NCBI GenBank assembly: GCA_050084515.1
Contig: CM114271.1
Span: forward strand, 43,214,001-43,278,000
Source of the DNA: Blasia pusilla
Lineage: Eukaryota
Direction of reading: 5' to 3'
Length of the DNA: 64,000 nucleotides
This document shows, one piece after another, positions 60,671-64,000 of this stretch. The position numbers were made by a program, and so were the translations under genes. The notes beneath the pieces were generated by a model. It was not told the DNA's origin. It did not search any database and saw only the letters and a list, made by a program, of their open reading frames with translations. Every line of letters begins with the position of its first letter. Within the stretch, counting starts at the first letter, position 1.

Positions 60671-61949
60671 ATGGAGAAACAAGACGCAACCACTTTCACT
60701 AGTAAGGTGTCGTGCCTTGTATGGAGAACAAATTAATAGCCAAACTCAAATTGAGTCAAATTGATTAAATTGTCTCGAATTTTCACACATCTATATTATT
60801 AAAGTAGGAGCCTACTTCCTCCAAATGGTAAGTGTGCACTTACCTTAAAGGGTTAGCCTTCTTCATTTGGAGAAGGCCACCTAACTCCTCCTTATTTCTA
60901 ACCAAGTGATACTATATTTTCTTATCTTACGACTCATTTTTTATACATGTGTCTCCTCGGACTTGGGTTTAGGAGGATATTTTTATAACTTGTCGCCACC
61001 TCATACTTACCAAAACAAAACATGTCTCTCGAGATTCATAATGATTCATACTTACTCGCCAACGTAGCATCAACACACCGCAAGAAATCGAATGACCTTC
61101 AATCACTATGTAGGAATAGTGGAGTACTAGGAATTTGAGTAATGGGCATGGAGGAGGAGATGGAGGGACGTCTAGAATTTTTCTTGTAACTATTTCCATG
61201 ATGATCCAATCTTTTCAATCTAAGGCCCAATGTGTTCATGTTCTCAAGCTTGAACTTTGGGTTCTTCTTTTATCCACTTAAGATTGAGTTTTATAAAGTT
61301 CTTGGGATCTTTGGACCTCCTTCTCTCCTAAATGTGCTCATAGATTCCTATACGCAATTTCAAACATAGTGCTCTCCTTATAGAGTAATACCGGGTTACC
61401 ATCGGTTTAAGGGATTCCTCTTGCTTTTCTGGATCTTTTGATATGGACTGGGCCCAGCATTACGAACTCATTCCCTCATAGCGGTCAATGGTGGGTGGCT
61501 CACTTACTCCTCACATCCTCTTTTTTGGTGTTTCCAATTTCTTTCATAACTTTCTTATGGAATGTCAATTTTGGACGTGTTTGGGCTTGTTTTGATCATC
61601 TTGACGAGCTCGTTCTTTTCGTAGGCGCCTATTTTTTTGTATGGGTTTTTTAAGGTCAATTCCTCCTAAAAGTATTCCTTGCTCTTTCAACTCCTTACCT
61701 TACTATTTCGCCCCTACATACATTTTCCATCTCCTTAAGGACATTAGAAATGCATTTTCTTAAGCCACCTCTTCGGATACCATATAGATCACTTTTCCTT
61801 TTCAATTTCTTTTCATGTTTTTCTTATAGTAACTTTCAAAAATAAATTTGGTATTGTCTAATCTTCTTCTCTCCATCTAAATTTCTTTTGGACGGATTCC
61901 ACTACTTTTGCTTTGCTCGTTATCCTCATGCTTTTTCCAAACCATATTT

Positions 61950-64000
61950 CATATGTCTTTCCTTGTCTTCGATGACTTGCCTACCCTTACTTCTATGTCA
62001 TCAGAGATGGAATTGGATTCTCCATCTACTTGCTTATCTGGTTTTACACGCCCTCCTACAGCCGTAACCTCTCCCTCTGCTTCACCTCTTCATCGTAGAT
62101 CTCGCCATTTTCCTCCAAATGCTAATACACCCATTACACTCGCTACATTTCTTACGGATTCTCCTCTTCTCCCTTCTTTGCCTTGTCCTATTGAGCCTAA
62201 TCTTGATCCATTATTATCAAATCTTTCAACTTTTCCATCCCCACATATCTCATCTATGCCCTTGCTTCCAACTCCCATCTATTCTATCCGAATCTCCCCT
62301 CTTCCTCCTCCTCCTTCCCCAACCTACTTACCCCTCGTCGGCCATCACTACCTCTTGCACCTCCCACCTCCTCCCCTTGTAATCCTTCTACTTCTCCATT
62401 TGTACCAAAGGTTCATTGCATACCTTGTGGTAAGGAGTTTGCTCCTAATGGGATCAAAAGACATCAGCGATATTGTCGATCCATGCATGGGCCTTCAATC
62501 CCTCACCCGATACCACCTCCTACTGCACTCCTGACAACAATTGCTTGGACTTGGTTAATCCAAATTGATCTCCTTCGCTCTTTCCATCCAAGTCTTCCTC
62601 GTCCTAGACTCTACACTCTCATTCCTATTGCTCTTTGCCCCATCACCCAACAAACTTTGCTTTTCCCATTAGAAAGGTTAGCGCGAGACCCCACAGATAT
62701 CAATGCTTGGTATCTCCTATTACTCTGCCCACAATAGGTTTTAGTCCTCCCTCCAAGGGGTGGTGCAACGGGTCATTGTGAAACCTCAACACGTATTCAA
62801 CGCTTAATGTCTGGGGATTGGGAGAACCTTCAGAATGAGCATGTACTTCGAGCAGAGGCCTTAGCTGCGGCTCATCCCACTCAACATGCCAATCATGGGA
62901 GGCCTTCAATACAACAACGCCTTCGACGAAGTCTACTGTTGGGGCACGTTGGTGAGTTTTCACGTGCAACTCGAGCATTGGGTCCTCTTTCTTCGGCGGT
63001 TCAAAGTGTGAAAACAATGGCTCTCTTACAAGCTCTTCATCCTCCTTCAAGTGGCAATGCTCCACCTTTTGTGGAAGACTATACAACGGACCTTGACTTG
63101 GAGCTTGACTTGGAGGTTTTCACTAGGGCTTTTCTCCATGCTCTTCGCTTATCAGCAAGTGGGCTATGAAGGATGGTTTTTGACCATCTCCGCGATTGCT
63201 TTATCCTAGAAAATTCAGCAAGTGGCTTTGTCTCTCTATATAAGGTGTGTGCACATATGGCGACAGGTCGTCTCCCATTCTCTATCTCTAGGCTCTTGGG
63301 GGCTTGTCGTTTGTTGGCTATGGATAAGCCTCCTTCAGGTGTGCACCCTTTGGCTATTGGAGAGGTTTTATACCGCTTGGTTAGAAGATCCCTATGCTTG
63401 CAATTTCGTCCTTATTTTAGTGCCCACTTATTTCCTGATCAATTTGGAGTGGCAACTCTTGGAGGTTGTGAGGCTGTAGTGCATGTGATTCGCTCCACTC
63501 TTGATATTCATCCAGATTGGGTAGCAATTCAAGTCGATGTGGCTAACGCATTCAATTCAGTTTCTCATGCGGCCATCTTTGAGGAGTTACGTTGTGTAGG
63601 AGGACAACTCGCGAGCCTCATTCCATATGTTCGCTCCTTCTATGCCTATGATACGCCCATTATCTATTTCCATCATGCTACTTCTGGGGAATATAGTATT
63701 CTACAATTGGCTTGTGGCACACGTCAAGGTGATCCCATGGGTGGCCCACTCTTTGCGTAAGAATTTCCATCTTGTATTTTCCCTTCTATTGCTGATGACA
63801 CTCACATTATAGGTCCTCCTTTCGAAGTGGTTCTTGCTTATACCCATTTCGTGGAGCAACTCTCTTTCTTAAACCTTAAAGTCCAGCCTAATAAATGTGG
63901 AGTATGGTCTCGTTCATGCCTTCCCTCAACATTCACACCCCCCCTACTCTTGATTTTTCCATCTACATTGAAGGGGTTATAGTTCTTGGGGTCCCAATTG
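61950..64000 (+). mobile_element. CRE-like non-LTR retrotransposon, 5' part: zinc finger + RT (with stops), runs off the window
   Basis: HCIPCGKEFAPNGIKRHQRYC (about 62413-62476). RT motifs LLAMDKPPSGVHPLAIGE, QFGVA..GCEAVVH, DVANAFNSV, GTRQGDPMGGPLF and SIADDTHI. Confidence 0.85.

Noticed and set aside
60790-60810. TCTATATTATTAAAGT, resembling a Helitron 5' end
   Set aside because: No matching 3' hairpin/CTAG end or coding remnant found downstream; too short to support.

Overview
Eukaryotic, land-plant-like genomic DNA; gene style and TE content suggest a bryophyte such as a liverwort, but this is inference. Five host genes are supported: a small probable plastid membrane protein (13545-14066 +), an F-box/kelch protein (-), an 8-exon mitochondrial ribosomal protein mS29/DAP3 (-), a 9-exon RBL10-like rhomboid protease (-) and a 2-exon LRR receptor-like kinase (-). 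There is also a tRNA-Gln(UUG)-like gene. The rest is transposon-rich: a CACTA 3' end, hAT MITEs, an intronic solo LTR, a Helitron remnant and CRE-like non-LTR fragments. The standout is a 10,465-bp retroelement (35822-46286, - strand, TG..CA ends, 4-bp TSD TATG). Its domain order is Gag - protease - DNMT3-like C5 cytosine methyltransferase - RT - RNase H - DDE integrase - PHD finger. It lacks canonical LTRs and an obvious PBS. Instead it has split direct repeats (514-bp B ... 128-bp A / 2 nt / B / A in element orientation) with an internal end-to-end junction, a layout known from tyrosine-recombinase PAT/Ngaro retroelements. Older relatives in the same window show that the methyltransferase, the PHD finger and the A repeat placed right after integrase are family traits. 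All alignments and exon calls were made by eye.
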